Both the position numbers and the translations under genes were made by a program. The notes under the pieces were generated by a model. It saw only the letters and a program-made list of their open reading frames with translations, was not told the origin of the DNA and did no database searches. Source: Terriglobia bacterium (GTDB taxonomy: Bacteria; Acidobacteriota; Terriglobia; 20CM-2-55-15). Taken from it: 64,000 nt of DNA. The DNA is taken from the NCBI GenBank assembly GCA_963664115.2, contig CAXWPJ010000001.1, positions 1-64,000 of the forward strand. The letters run 5' to 3'. Shown piece by piece: positions 50,560 through 60,382 of the stretch (its first letter is position 1; every line of letters begins with the position of its first letter).

Positions 50560-51531
50560 ATGAAAATCGGGATCACCGCCGGAGATCCAGCGGGTATCGG
50601 TCTGGAAATTATCCTGAAGGGCATCCCCTCTTTCCTGTCCCGTGCTGCATGGGTGCTTTTCGGCGAAACCGCTGACTTCGAGGCCAACCTTCACCGATTC
50701 GCCCCCGATCTGCCATGGTCCCCGATTACCGATCTGGAAAGCGTTCAAACCGGGCGTCTCGGGTTTTCGTCGATCGGGAATGGCCCTGCAGTCCCCTGGG
50801 GGCAGGGTACGACCGAGACGGGTCGCCGCGCGCTTGCTGCGCTGGAAGCCGGGGGCCAGGGAGCCCGATCGGGAGAACTGGCCGCGCTGGTGACGGCGCC
50901 ACTCAGCAAAGAACTCGTTGGACCTGGATTTTCGGGACAGACAGGCTTTCTCAGAGCGCATTCGGGCTCCGCACGTGCCGCGATGGCGTTTTTCACCCGA
51001 AGTTTTAAAGTCGTTCTGGCGACCACGCATCTTTCCCTTCGCGACGCAGTTTCATCGCTTTCGCGATCCTCTTACGTTGATCTCATCGGACTGATCGATT
51101 CAGAATTTCAGCGCTACGGATACGATCGCCCCCGGATCGCTGTTGCCGCGGTAAACCCGCATGCCGGCGAAGGAGGAATGTTCGGAACCGAGGATGACCT
51201 CATACTGAAACCTGCTGTCCTGGAATGTGGGGCAGGCGGGATCCGGGTTTCGGGACCCTACCCTGCGGACAGTGTGTATCAGCGGGCTCATGCAGGGGAA
51301 TTCGACATCGTCCTGGCTCCCTATCACGACCAGGGATTGATACCGGTGAAATTGATCGCTCCCCGCTCTGCCGCCAACGTCACGCTCGGTCTGCCCTATG
51401 TCCGTACCTCGCCCGACCACGGCACCGCGTTCGCGATTGCAGGGCTGGGCACGGCGGAAACCGGAGGAATGGAAACAGCCTTCGAATGGGCCCTCGAACT
51501 CGCCAGCCGACTAGAGGGCACGAAGACGTGA
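50560..51531 (+). CDS. pdxA: 4-hydroxythreonine-4-phosphate dehydrogenase PdxA family
   Basis: GDPAGIGLE, TAPLSK, NPHAGEGG, YHDQGLIP, RTSPDHGTA. Confidence 0.92.
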   Translation: MKIGITAGDPAGIGLEIILKGIPSFLSRAAWVLFGETADFEANLHRFAPDLPWSPITDLESVQTGRLGFSSIGNGPAVPWGQGTTETGRRALAALEAGGQGARSGELAALVTAPLSKELVGPGFSGQTGFLRAHSGSARAAMAFFTRSFKVVLATTHLSLRDAVSSLSRSSYVDLIGLIDSEFQRYGYDRPRIAVAAVNPHAGEGGMFGTEDDLILKPAVLECGAGGIRVSGPYPADSVYQRAHAGEFDIVLAPYHDQGLIPVKLIAPRSAANVTLGLPYVRTSPDHGTAFAIAGLGTAETGGMETAFEWALELASRLEGTKT

Positions 51532-51543
51532 TACGGAAGAGGA

Positions 51544-51618
51544 CTAAAGGGGACGGACACTTGATGCGACATTGTAGCCTTACGAGTATATTTCGGCTGA
51601 AGTGTCCGTCCCCTTTAG
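51544..51618. repeat. Short IR-bounded element (AAGGGGACG-ACACTT family), copy 2
   Basis: Perfect 19-bp IR ctaaaggggacggacactt / aagtgtccgtcccctttag with a 37-bp spacer. Confidence 0.85.
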
Positions 51619-51627
51619 GCCTCTTCC

Positions 51628-52065
51628 TTATGTCCGACAGAGGGCGCAGAGACCGTAGATTTGTAATTTGTGGTCGAGAACTTTAAAGCCAAGTCGGGCC
51701 GATGCTTCATTTTGAATTTTTTCGATCTCGGCGTTGAGGAACTCGATCGATGTGCCGCAGGCCGTGCAGACCAGGTGGTCATGATGCGTGTGGTTATACA
51801 GATGTTCGTAGCGGGTCAGTCCATCCGCCAGGTCGATCTCTCTCGCCAGCCCGGCCTGGATCAGCAGCTTCATCGTTCGGTACACGGTTGTGTATCCGAT
51901 TTTTGAATCCTCACCGCGGACCTTGCGGTAAATGTCTTCGACGCTGCGGTGGCCCTCGCCGGCCAGAAAGGTTTCGAGGATGATCTTACGGTGGGCGGTC
52001 TGCTTCAGCTTCTTTGCCGCCAAATATTCCTTAAAGACCTGCATTTCGGGCGAGATCTTTTTCAT
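51628..52065 (-). CDS. Fur-family transcriptional regulator
   Basis: TTVYRTMKLL, HHDHLVCTACG, YGLCALC. Confidence 0.92.
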   Translation of the reverse strand: MKKISPEMQVFKEYLAAKKLKQTAHRKIILETFLAGEGHRSVEDIYRKVRGEDSKIGYTTVYRTMKLLIQAGLAREIDLADGLTRYEHLYNHTHHDHLVCTACGTSIEFLNAEIEKIQNEASARLGFKVLDHKLQIYGLCALCRT

Positions 52066-52070
52066 AAGGA

Positions 52071-53462
52071 TCAGGTCGGGGGTTGTGAGGGAGGGATCAG
52101 TTTGACGACGTCGTTGTAGATGACGAAAACGATCAGCGTCAACAGGAAAACGAAGCTGACCTGGACAATGCGTTCCTTTGTAGCCAGGCTTAAATCGTGT
52201 CGCGAGATGCCTTCGATGAGGAGCAGGAACATGACGCCGCCATCCAGTATCGGTATGGGCAGAAGGTTGATAACGCCCAGGTTGAGACTGATCAAGGCCA
52301 TGAAACGGACCAGTGGTGCAAGACCTGCCTGCAAGGCTTGGCCCGAATAATTCACGATTCCGATGGGACCATCCAGCGAGCGCATGGACGTCTCTCTGCG
52401 TACCAGTCGTCCGAGTATTTCGAAGATGAGCAGAGCGTCGCCGGTGTTGGTCTGGACCGATCGCACGATCGAATCCACAAAACCAAGTTTGATCATGGTA
52501 GTGGGGAGCGTCGGGTACATGATCCCGATCATCCGTTGGCCATCCGCATTGGCTACCGGAATTATTTCCAGATCCACACGCTGGGCTTCACAGGTGTCTT
52601 CTGCGTTTGTATCCGTTGAAACAGAGGAGACAGAGTCGAGGCTGCATCGCGAAACGGTAACGGGAAGGACTTCGCCTTCGCTGGCTTGAATGATTTCGTT
52701 GATCGAGCGGTTGGATCTCAGGAGATCAATATTGTCGACCGCTATGATCTCATCGCCGGGGAGCAAGCCCCCGCGTTGGGCGGGCGAATCCGCACCCGAA
52801 TACCCCTCAACGACGATGCGATTTCGTGGGAACATGCCCGAGTAGCCTGTTTCGTTGCGGGGCTGGCGTTCCGGTATGAGTATGATGGTGAGGCGCTCGC
52901 CATCGCGATCCAGGGTGGCCGGGATCTCTCTTTCCGGGCTCAGGATGACGTTGGTTTCGACCGCTTGCCATGTGGGGTTCAGTTCCCCGTCGAATTCGAC
53001 GATCAGATCACCGGGCCGGATGCCTGCGGTTTCGGCCGGAGATCCTTCTTCCACAATGTCGACCCGTGCCTCGCCTTCCAGGAATTCCGGTACTTCCGTC
53101 CCGTACATGTACAGTCCAGCGAGTAGAACCACCGCCAGGACGCCGTTCATTGCCGGGCCCGCAAAGGCAATCAGAAATCGTTGCCATTTGGGTTTCGACA
53201 TGAACTCATCAGGATCCCCTGTGACTTCGTCTCCCGGGTTTTCCCCCGACATCTTGACGTACCCGCCCAGGGGGAGGATGCTCAGCCGGTAGTCGGTGTC
53301 CCCGTACCGGAATCCGAACAGTCGTGGGCCAAAGCCGACGGAAAAGGTTTCCACGCGGACGCGGAAGAGCTTTGCCACCAAAAAATGGCCGCCCTCATGG
53401 ATGACTATGATCACTCCAAGGACGATCATGGCCCCAACAATACTGGATAATAGCGTCGCCAT
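52071..53462 (-). CDS. rseP: RIP metalloprotease RseP (two PDZ domains)
   Basis: HEGGH, FSVGFGP, PLGGYVKM, AGPAMN, NLLPIPILDGG; follows dxr. Confidence 0.95.
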   Translation of the reverse strand: MATLLSSIVGAMIVLGVIIVIHEGGHFLVAKLFRVRVETFSVGFGPRLFGFRYGDTDYRLSILPLGGYVKMSGENPGDEVTGDPDEFMSKPKWQRFLIAFAGPAMNGVLAVVLLAGLYMYGTEVPEFLEGEARVDIVEEGSPAETAGIRPGDLIVEFDGELNPTWQAVETNVILSPEREIPATLDRDGERLTIILIPERQPRNETGYSGMFPRNRIVVEGYSGADSPAQRGGLLPGDEIIAVDNIDLLRSNRSINEIIQASEGEVLPVTVSRCSLDSVSSVSTDTNAEDTCEAQRVDLEIIPVANADGQRMIGIMYPTLPTTMIKLGFVDSIVRSVQTNTGDALLIFEILGRLVRRETSMRSLDGPIGIVNYSGQALQAGLAPLVRFMALISLNLGVINLLPIPILDGGVMFLLLIEGISRHDLSLATKERIVQVSFVFLLTLIVFVIYNDVVKLIPPSQPPT

Positions 53463-53552
53463 CGTTATCTGTCTCTATACCTTAGCCGAGTTTGAATAAT
53501 TCTAACATGGAAGCCCTTCCCCACCGTTACTGGCAGGTCTCTGTCAGCGATT

Positions 53553-54734
53553 CTAAGGTAGTTCGGGGGGCTGGTTTCGGGTCGTTATCCCCCGGGCGTA
53601 GTCGCGGGCCCAACCGTCCGCAGCGAGCACCTGCGCCACCGTATCGGCTGGTCCTGGCTCGTGAGCATCGAGGACCGTCTCAATGACCACAGTCAGGTCG
53701 CTGAACCTGATGCGGTGTTCGAGGAATGCTTCGACTGCAATCTCGTCTGCGGCGTTGAGGACCGCAGGTGCCGTACCACCGATCTCGATTGCTCTGTACG
53801 CCATCGAGAGTGCCGGGAATTTTGCCCGGTCCGGTTCTTGAAATTCGAGAGCGGGAAGCGCGGCCCAGTCCAGCGATGGGACAGGCGACACCTTTCGTTC
53901 TGGATACGTGAGTGCGTATTGGATCGGTCCCCGCATATCGGCTACGCCGAGCTGAGCCACAATCGAACCATCGACAAACTCGACCATGGAATGGATGACA
54001 GACTGGGGGTGGATCACGACATCGACCGACGAGGCCTGGATGTCGAATAGCCAGCGGGCTTCGATAATCTCAAAACCCTTGTTCATCAACGTCGCTGAGT
54101 CCACCGTAATACGAGGTCCCATCTTCCAGGTCGGATGCTGGAGAGCCTCTTCCGGGGTCACATTCGGGAACTCGGCAATGGGTCGGTTCAAGAACGGCCC
54201 ACCCGAGGCGGTCAGGATCAGGCGGCGCACTTCCGGTCTCCGGCCCGCGCGCAGACACTGGGCGATTGCGTTGTGTTCGCTATCGACCGGTAGAATGGTT
54301 CCTCCGTTTGCGTCTGCCGTTTTTCGCAGCAGCTCGCCAGCAATGACCATCGCTTCTTTGTTTGCAAGCGCAACTGGTTTTCCCGACTGCAGGGCGGCGT
54401 ATGTCGGTTCCAATCCAGCGGCACCTACTGCGGCGGAAACGACGATATCCACGTCGGGGGAAGCGGCAAGTGAGCGGAGCCCTTCCGCGCCGTCCAGCAC
54501 CTCGGGAACCTCGACATCGAGCGCCGCACACTCTTTACGAAAGGATTCCACCTGTGAGGAGTCGGCCACAGCCACGGTGTGTGGCCGATAGCGGGCCGCC
54601 TGTTCGGCCAGAACACTCACAGACCGCCGTGCAGCCAGGCCGACGACCTTGAGTTCGTCCCCCAGGTTATCGACGACGTTCAGAGTGTTGCGGCCGACCG
54701 ACCCGGTCGATCCGATTATGGCGATGCGTTTCAT
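53553..54734 (-). CDS. dxr: 1-deoxy-D-xylulose-5-phosphate reductoisomerase
   Basis: GSTGSVG, LANKE, PVDSEH, TASGGPF, DSATLMNKG. Confidence 0.97.
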   Translation of the reverse strand: MKRIAIIGSTGSVGRNTLNVVDNLGDELKVVGLAARRSVSVLAEQAARYRPHTVAVADSSQVESFRKECAALDVEVPEVLDGAEGLRSLAASPDVDIVVSAAVGAAGLEPTYAALQSGKPVALANKEAMVIAGELLRKTADANGGTILPVDSEHNAIAQCLRAGRRPEVRRLILTASGGPFLNRPIAEFPNVTPEEALQHPTWKMGPRITVDSATLMNKGFEIIEARWLFDIQASSVDVVIHPQSVIHSMVEFVDGSIVAQLGVADMRGPIQYALTYPERKVSPVPSLDWAALPALEFQEPDRAKFPALSMAYRAIEIGGTAPAVLNAADEIAVEAFLEHRIRFSDLTVVIETVLDAHEPGPADTVAQVLAADGWARDYARGITTRNQPPELP

Positions 54735-54757
54735 TTACTCATCTGTTCATTGGGACT

Positions 54758-55534
54758 TCACCCCAGCAGCAGCAGTAGATAAAATACGGGAGCAGCGAAG
54801 AGCAGGCTGTCCACGCGATCCAGGACGCCGCCATGCCCTGGCAAGCGATTTGATGAATCCTTCACACCCACACTGCGTTTGAGTGCCGACTCATACAGAT
54901 CACCGGCTTGTCCGGCGAGTGCCGTAATTAATGATATGAGAGCCAGCCAGAAGTACGATGTGCCCACCAACATTCCACCGAGTCCGACGCCTGCCACCAG
55001 ACTCGCAGCCAACCCGGCAACGGCTCCTTCGACCGTCTTGCCCGGACTGATTCGGGGCGCTAAACGATGGTGTCCCCACCGGCGGCCGATGTAGTAGGCG
55101 GCGGAGTCTCCGGCCCAGATTATTCCCAGAACCACGAAGACCGCAAAGCGCGGCAAGAGGATAAGAAATCCAAGGAGCAGGCAGGTATAGAACAGACCTC
55201 GAAGGCCGTTCGCGAAATGCCGCAGAGCCGGGCCCGGGGAATGCGAAGCGAGTGCCGTGATCATCAAGAGGAGCGCAGCCATCACGAACATCCCGAGCGT
55301 CGACACGGGAGGGCCGAGAAAAGAGAGCGTGAGCCCAGCTCCAACAGGAATAAACCAGTGGCCCGGACGGCTCGTCTCCGGCTTCGAATTCTTCGATGTG
55401 CCCAGATCAAGGAATTCATCCAGCGCCAGTACGCCCACCAGCGCGACGAGTGAAGCGAAGACCCAGTCCGATCCCCAGTACGTCACGCCGAGCACGACAG
55501 GGATCCCCGCCGCGGCGGTCAGGACACGATTCAT
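54758..55534 (-). CDS. cdsA: Phosphatidate cytidylyltransferase
   Basis: ISPGKTVEG, GDLYESALKR..GVKDS..LPGHGGVLDRVDS; ATG overlaps the uppS stop. Confidence 0.93.
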   Translation of the reverse strand: MNRVLTAAAGIPVVLGVTYWGSDWVFASLVALVGVLALDEFLDLGTSKNSKPETSRPGHWFIPVGAGLTLSFLGPPVSTLGMFVMAALLLMITALASHSPGPALRHFANGLRGLFYTCLLLGFLILLPRFAVFVVLGIIWAGDSAAYYIGRRWGHHRLAPRISPGKTVEGAVAGLAASLVAGVGLGGMLVGTSYFWLALISLITALAGQAGDLYESALKRSVGVKDSSNRLPGHGGVLDRVDSLLFAAPVFYLLLLLG

Positions 55535-56310
55535 CGTGAGATGGGAATGCCGACGCCACCGGCGCGTTCTGCTAATCCGCCATATCGGCGTTCGCGTTTC
55601 TGAAATGCAATAACGGCCTCGTATAAATGCTGCCGTCGAAAATCGGGCCAGAGCGTATCTGTGATCCAAATTTCCGAATAAGCGATCTGCCAGAGAAGAA
55701 AATTGCTGATACGAAGTTCTCCGCTAGTTCGGATCAGCAGGTCCGGATCGGGGAGGTCTGCTGTGTAGAGTCTGCGGACCAGATCTTCTTCTTTGATGCC
55801 GTCGAGCAAAGCCGGGTTTTGCTTGGCCTGGGCCAGAATCGTATTTACGGCGCGAATTATCTCTGCGCGGCCGCTGTAGTTGAGCGCGACGTTAAATCGA
55901 AGCCCTGTATTCGACCGCGTTCGGTCGACGGCATTGTCCAACTCCCGCTGAATCGCTGGGCCCAACTCGTCCGTATCACCCAGGGTGTTGAAGCGGATGT
56001 TGTTGCGATCGATGTTGTCGAGTTCCTTGTCGAGATACTCACGCAGGAGGCGCATCAGCGTTTCGACTTCCCGTTTCGGACGCTTCCAGTTTTCTGTGGA
56101 GAAGGCGTACAGGGTGAGTGCCCCAATTCCAAGTTCCGCGGAAGCCTCGAGAACATCGCGCACGGACTCGATTCCGGCGTGATGCCCGGCTACACGGGGG
56201 AGGCTGCGCCCCTTGGCCCACCGTCCATTCCCGTCCATGATAATTGCGATGTGAACAGGCAAGGCCTTGGGATCGATCAATTGGATCAGGTCTTGCCCGG
56301 GATTAGACAT
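55531..56310 (-). CDS. uppS: Undecaprenyl diphosphate synthase
   Basis: IMDGNGRWA, YAFSTENWKRP, IRTSGELRISNFLLWQ, RERRYGG. Confidence 0.97.
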   Translation of the reverse strand: MSNPGQDLIQLIDPKALPVHIAIIMDGNGRWAKGRSLPRVAGHHAGIESVRDVLEASAELGIGALTLYAFSTENWKRPKREVETLMRLLREYLDKELDNIDRNNIRFNTLGDTDELGPAIQRELDNAVDRTRSNTGLRFNVALNYSGRAEIIRAVNTILAQAKQNPALLDGIKEEDLVRRLYTADLPDPDLLIRTSGELRISNFLLWQIAYSEIWITDTLWPDFRRQHLYEAVIAFQKRERRYGGLAERAGGVGIPISR

Positions 56311-56402
56311 AAGAAAGGCTATGTTACCACTTCATCCCGTTAGCGCTGTAAGGGCCTGTCAGAGGTCAGGTGTGAAATTCGGAAGGCGATCGTCGGGCAG
56401 CG

Positions 56403-57137
56403 TCAATACTCGACAGACACTAAATGGAGGCCTTTGGCGGGAACAGTCGGGCCTGCGCGTTGCCTGTCTCTGGCTTCAAAAATACCCGGAATTTCTTCCG
56501 GATTCAATTTGCCCCGGCCGACTTCGATCAGTGTTCCCACGATCGTTCGGACCATGTATTGCAGAAAACCGTTCGCGCGTATCCGGAAAACCCATTCTTC
56601 ACTGCTCCTCTCCCATTGTGCTTCGTAGACCTCCCGTGTGTGACTCTTCTTGGAGGTGGCCGCGGCAGAAAAGGATGTGAATTCATGTCGCCCCGGAAAA
56701 TAACGGGTGGCCTGATCAACGGTGTCCGGATCGAGATGTTGCCAAATCGAATGCACGTACCGGGAATGGAATGGGGAGACCACCGTCGATCGCCAGACAT
56801 GATACTCGTAGGTTTTGGCACGAGCGGATGCCCGCGCGTGAAAATCAAGAGGCATCTCCTCAACGGATGTGACCCGGATCTCGGGAGGTAACAACGCGTT
56901 CACACTACGATGGAAAGCATCGGTGTCGATGGCCTTTTCAGTCAGAAAGTGTGCGACCTGCCCCTGCGCATGTACGCCCGCATCGGTGCGTCCTGAGCCG
57001 TGGGTTGTGATTTCATGATCCAGAATGTTTCCGATCGCTCTCTCCAACTCGCCTTGAAGCGTCCGGACACCGGGTTGGAGCTGCCATCCATGAAAGGATG
57101 TGCCGTCGTAGGAAAGGGTTAACTTGAGGTTTCGCAT
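56403..57137 (-). CDS. truA: tRNA pseudouridine(38-40) synthase
   Basis: YDGTSFHGWQ, GRTDAGVHA, FHAR, GFLQYMVRTIVG. Confidence 0.96.
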   Translation of the reverse strand: MRNLKLTLSYDGTSFHGWQLQPGVRTLQGELERAIGNILDHEITTHGSGRTDAGVHAQGQVAHFLTEKAIDTDAFHRSVNALLPPEIRVTSVEEMPLDFHARASARAKTYEYHVWRSTVVSPFHSRYVHSIWQHLDPDTVDQATRYFPGRHEFTSFSAAATSKKSHTREVYEAQWERSSEEWVFRIRANGFLQYMVRTIVGTLIEVGRGKLNPEEIPGIFEARDRQRAGPTVPAKGLHLVSVEY

Positions 57138-57230
57138 GTGAAAGAAGCGACGCACTATAGCATAACTCGTGACGCTCCTTTTCCCGAGCGCCCGTAGGGA
57201 GACACTCCGCTTCTTCGGTATACTGCGGTC

Positions 57231-58067
57231 GTGGATCTGGCCATCGCACTGTTGTTCGGACTCTGTGTCGGGAGCTTCCTCAACGTCTGTATCGCCCGCA
57301 TTCCATTGGACATCTCCGTGGTCAGCCCGCGTTCCCGCTGCCCGAAATGTGAAACGCTGATTGCCGGGTACGACAATGTCCCTCTGCTGAGTTACGTGAT
57401 CCTCGGTGGGCGGTGTCGGAGTTGCCGGACTTCAATCTCGCTCCGATACCCCGGGGTGGAGGGTTTGACCGCCATCATCAGTGTGTTGCTCGCCAACCAG
57501 TACGGCCTGAGTGTGTCATGGGCCGTTTATCTTGTTTTTTCGTCTTCAATAATCGTTCTCGTACTGATCGATCTGGACCACCGCATTCTCCCTGACGTAA
57601 TCACCTTGAACGGAATATGGATCGGGATATTGATCAGCCTCTATCTCGCGTCTCCCAGCCCGTTTGCCGCAACCCTTTACGCTTTCGCGGGCATTGGGGT
57701 GTCCAATCCATATGTCCTTGCGCTCACGGCGAGTCTGGCAGGTGCAGGCTTTGGTGGGGGGCTGCTCTGGTTTGTCAGGGGAGCTTTTTTCAGGGTCCGT
57801 GGAATAGAGGGCATGGGGCTCGGAGACGTCAAGATGATGGCGATGGTCGGCGCGTTCCTAGGCTTACCGCTCACATTGCTGACCATTCTCCTGGGATCGA
57901 TTCTGGGTTCCATCATAGGACTCGCCGTAATTCGGGCTTTTGGCAAAGGGCGCCACTACGAACTCCCTTTCGGCACCTTCCTCGGTGGAGGTGCAATCGT
58001 GGCGGTGCTCTATGGCAACGATCTCATTCGCTTATATTTAAAAAATTTCTTCCCTCCAGCTTCCTAG
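57231..58067 (+). CDS. pilD: Prepilin peptidase / N-methyltransferase
   Basis: GSFLNVCIAR, SRCPKC...GRCRSC, IDLDHRILPD, GMGLGDVK, PFGTFL. Confidence 0.95.
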   Translation: MDLAIALLFGLCVGSFLNVCIARIPLDISVVSPRSRCPKCETLIAGYDNVPLLSYVILGGRCRSCRTSISLRYPGVEGLTAIISVLLANQYGLSVSWAVYLVFSSSIIVLVLIDLDHRILPDVITLNGIWIGILISLYLASPSPFAATLYAFAGIGVSNPYVLALTASLAGAGFGGGLLWFVRGAFFRVRGIEGMGLGDVKMMAMVGAFLGLPLTLLTILLGSILGSIIGLAVIRAFGKGRHYELPFGTFLGGGAIVAVLYGNDLIRLYLKNFFPPAS

Positions 58068-58162
58068 GGTTAGCCGTTTCGGGCTGCTTGGATAGGACCG
58101 GGTGTGGGAGGCAGCCCCTATTTCGCTTGCCCTTTCGACGCCATTGACGTTTCATTTGAAGT

Positions 58163-58177
58163 TGGCACCAGCACTGT
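58163..58177 (+). promoter_or_regulatory. Possible sigma-54 promoter (imperfect)
   Basis: TGGCAC-N5-CTGT upstream of the minor pilins. The -24 box matches; the -12 box deviates from TTGC. Confidence 0.2.
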
Positions 58178-58214
58178 CCCTAAGACATACTTCAACAAGG
58201 ACTGAAACTTTAGA

Positions 58215-58676
58215 ATGGAGCCACAGGTGCGAACATCGGGTTGCGGCAGTCAAAAGGGCATGAGCATGTTCGAGCTCTTGATCGTATTGTCGATCATTAT
58301 GGTGATTATGGCGATGGCCCTGCCGCAAATGTTCAGCGTTCGGGAAGACTATCGATTGACAGCCGTGGCGACCGAACTTGTGGGTTATGCATCGAACGCG
58401 CGGATCCTGGCGATTACAGAAAACTCAGATTTCCGGGTGACCGTCATCGATTCCGATACCTACGCCATCCAGGAAGACATCAGCGGCACCTGGACAACGG
58501 ACGCCAGTTACGACCTGCCGAGCGGTTTCAGCATTGCTCCGGCAAATGCCAACGAGACAGCCGAATTTCATTCGCGCGGGAACGCGACACCGGTGACAAC
58601 GTTTACGATCACGAATCCCAACAACAATACACGCGATGTGGTTGTCTCATTGTCGGGACGCGTCAATGCGCAATAA
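58215..58676 (+). CDS. Minor pilin / pseudopilin (FimT/GspH-like)
   Basis: Class III signal QKG|MSMFELLIV, ARILAI, EFHSRG, VSLSGRV. Confidence 0.85.
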   Translation: MEPQVRTSGCGSQKGMSMFELLIVLSIIMVIMAMALPQMFSVREDYRLTAVATELVGYASNARILAITENSDFRVTVIDSDTYAIQEDISGTWTTDASYDLPSGFSIAPANANETAEFHSRGNATPVTTFTITNPNNNTRDVVVSLSGRVNAQ

Positions 58677-59124
58677 TTATAAGGATCGCGTGGAGCGCGG
58701 CTTCACCCTGATCGAAACCCTGGTCGCGACGGGCATTCTGGTTTCGGGTTTGGTGGCGGTTGCATATCTGTTCACCTTCTCGATTCGGACGAACATGATG
58801 ACGGAACAACAGACTTCGGCCACGCTGTTGCTCTCCAACAAAATGGAAGAGTTGAGAGGCACGTCATTTTCCAGCCTGACCGTAGGCGGTGGACTCGACG
58901 CCAGCAGTCCGACGACGAGTTACTGGGATTACGTTTCGATCAGTACCAGTGGCGCGATCACCTCTGACACGAGTACCACGGATGCCACCTACCTCCGGCT
59001 CTGGCAAGTCGCGGGAACGAATACAAAAGTGGTTTCCGTCGTTGTTTATACGCAGAACGCCCGCATCGGCATGCAGCAGATGGAGTTGGCCCGTGCCAGC
59101 ACGGAGGTCACCTCGGGTTTCTGA
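58666..59124 (+). CDS. Minor pilin (PilV-like)
   Basis: ERG|FTLIETLVA, NKMEELR. Confidence 0.85.
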   Translation: MRNNYKDRVERGFTLIETLVATGILVSGLVAVAYLFTFSIRTNMMTEQQTSATLLLSNKMEELRGTSFSSLTVGGGLDASSPTTSYWDYVSISTSGAITSDTSTTDATYLRLWQVAGTNTKVVSVVVYTQNARIGMQQMELARASTEVTSGF

Positions 59125-60011
59125 TGGAACGCAGACACAAGAAAAAGCAGTCCGGCTTCTCGCTGGTTGAACTTATGTTGGCGATGTCGATCACGCTTGG
59201 CATCGGAATCATCGTCTTCCAGATGTTTCTTCAGAACGAGGGCGTGTTTCAGGACCAGACCATGGTCATGGAGATGCAGCAGAGTGTCCGGGCCGTGGCG
59301 TCGATGATCGCTGACGAAGCCCGGCTTGCCGGCCAGGGTGTTCCGGTGTACAGCGCGGCACAGGACACGACGACAGTCGAGGCGGCCCAGGTGTTTCTGG
59401 ATGGGACCGATTCTGATGACCTTCGATTCCGTGCCGGAATCCGAAACGCGGCCACGACCGTCACGACCCCGCTTGTCTATAGCGGGACGACAACGGTCAC
59501 GGTCGCTGATGTGAGCGGCATCAATGCCATTGTTGGCACAGACGCCGATTATTTTGTATATCTGTGGGGGCCCACAGGCAACACGTGGACTTGGCTACGC
59601 GGGGAGGTCTCCAACATCAGCACCGGATCCAACCAGCTCGACGTTGCGTTGAGCCAGAATAGTGGGCAGGGCGCAACTTTTTCGAGTGCCCCTCGTCTGG
59701 CTCTGGAGGAAGGCATATCCTATCGGCTCAACAGCGGGTCTGTGATGCGAGGGACGACGACCGATTTCAGCAACCTGACCGCACCCACGTTTTCCGAACA
59801 GACGATAGGCACCAACTTTACGGCTTTGACCTTCACCTACTATGACGCAGCGGGCGCCACCGTCTCGCCTACGACGCTGGCTCTTCGATCCACGATCCGC
59901 CGGGTCGATCTCGTCGTCGGAGCACAAACTTCGGGGACCCTTTCCGGTGGCTCGGTTGATAATTTCGCGATCACGCTGTCTGTCTATCCCCGCAATCTTG
60001 CCGTTAACTGA
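59124..60011 (+). CDS. Minor pilin (PilW-like)
   Basis: QSG|FSLVELMLA, EMQQSVR...EARLAG, LTFTYYD, IRRVDL, YPRNL. Confidence 0.85.
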   Translation: MERRHKKKQSGFSLVELMLAMSITLGIGIIVFQMFLQNEGVFQDQTMVMEMQQSVRAVASMIADEARLAGQGVPVYSAAQDTTTVEAAQVFLDGTDSDDLRFRAGIRNAATTVTTPLVYSGTTTVTVADVSGINAIVGTDADYFVYLWGPTGNTWTWLRGEVSNISTGSNQLDVALSQNSGQGATFSSAPRLALEEGISYRLNSGSVMRGTTTDFSNLTAPTFSEQTIGTNFTALTFTYYDAAGATVSPTTLALRSTIRRVDLVVGAQTSGTLSGGSVDNFAITLSVYPRNLAVN

Positions 60012-60087
60012 CAACTTCGGGCGGAACCCTGCATTTCAGGTACTGCGGTCATAGCTTTCCCAGAGTGAAATCCGTCTTCCTAAATTT

Positions 60088-60321
60088 CTTGAGTCAGAAG
60101 TTTGCCGCTTAACAGGATGTCCTAGTCCGATCTGATCGTCTTCTTACTCTGCCGCCTCGGCTGCCGCCTCGTTGTCCACCCGCACCGTCGGAACGGTGCG
60201 GGTCTTTTCAGGGCATGCCTCAACCTTTCGCCGATCCCAAATAAGCCTCGCAATCAGGATGATTGCGAGGGTCGCCGGTCGTTCGGACAGGATGTCCGTT
60301 TTAACGGCCGAGCGAAATCTT
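60088..60321. ncRNA. Candidate structured RNA / dispersed element, copy 2 (homologous to 16812-17046)
   Basis: Same three hairpins as copy 1 with compensatory changes. Loops CGGA, AGGAT, AGGAT on the + strand. Confidence 0.6.
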
Positions 60322-60382
60322 GTCCCTTCGGCGAACCGGTCGGATGACGTAGTGTGCCGGACCCGACTTCAACCACGATCTG

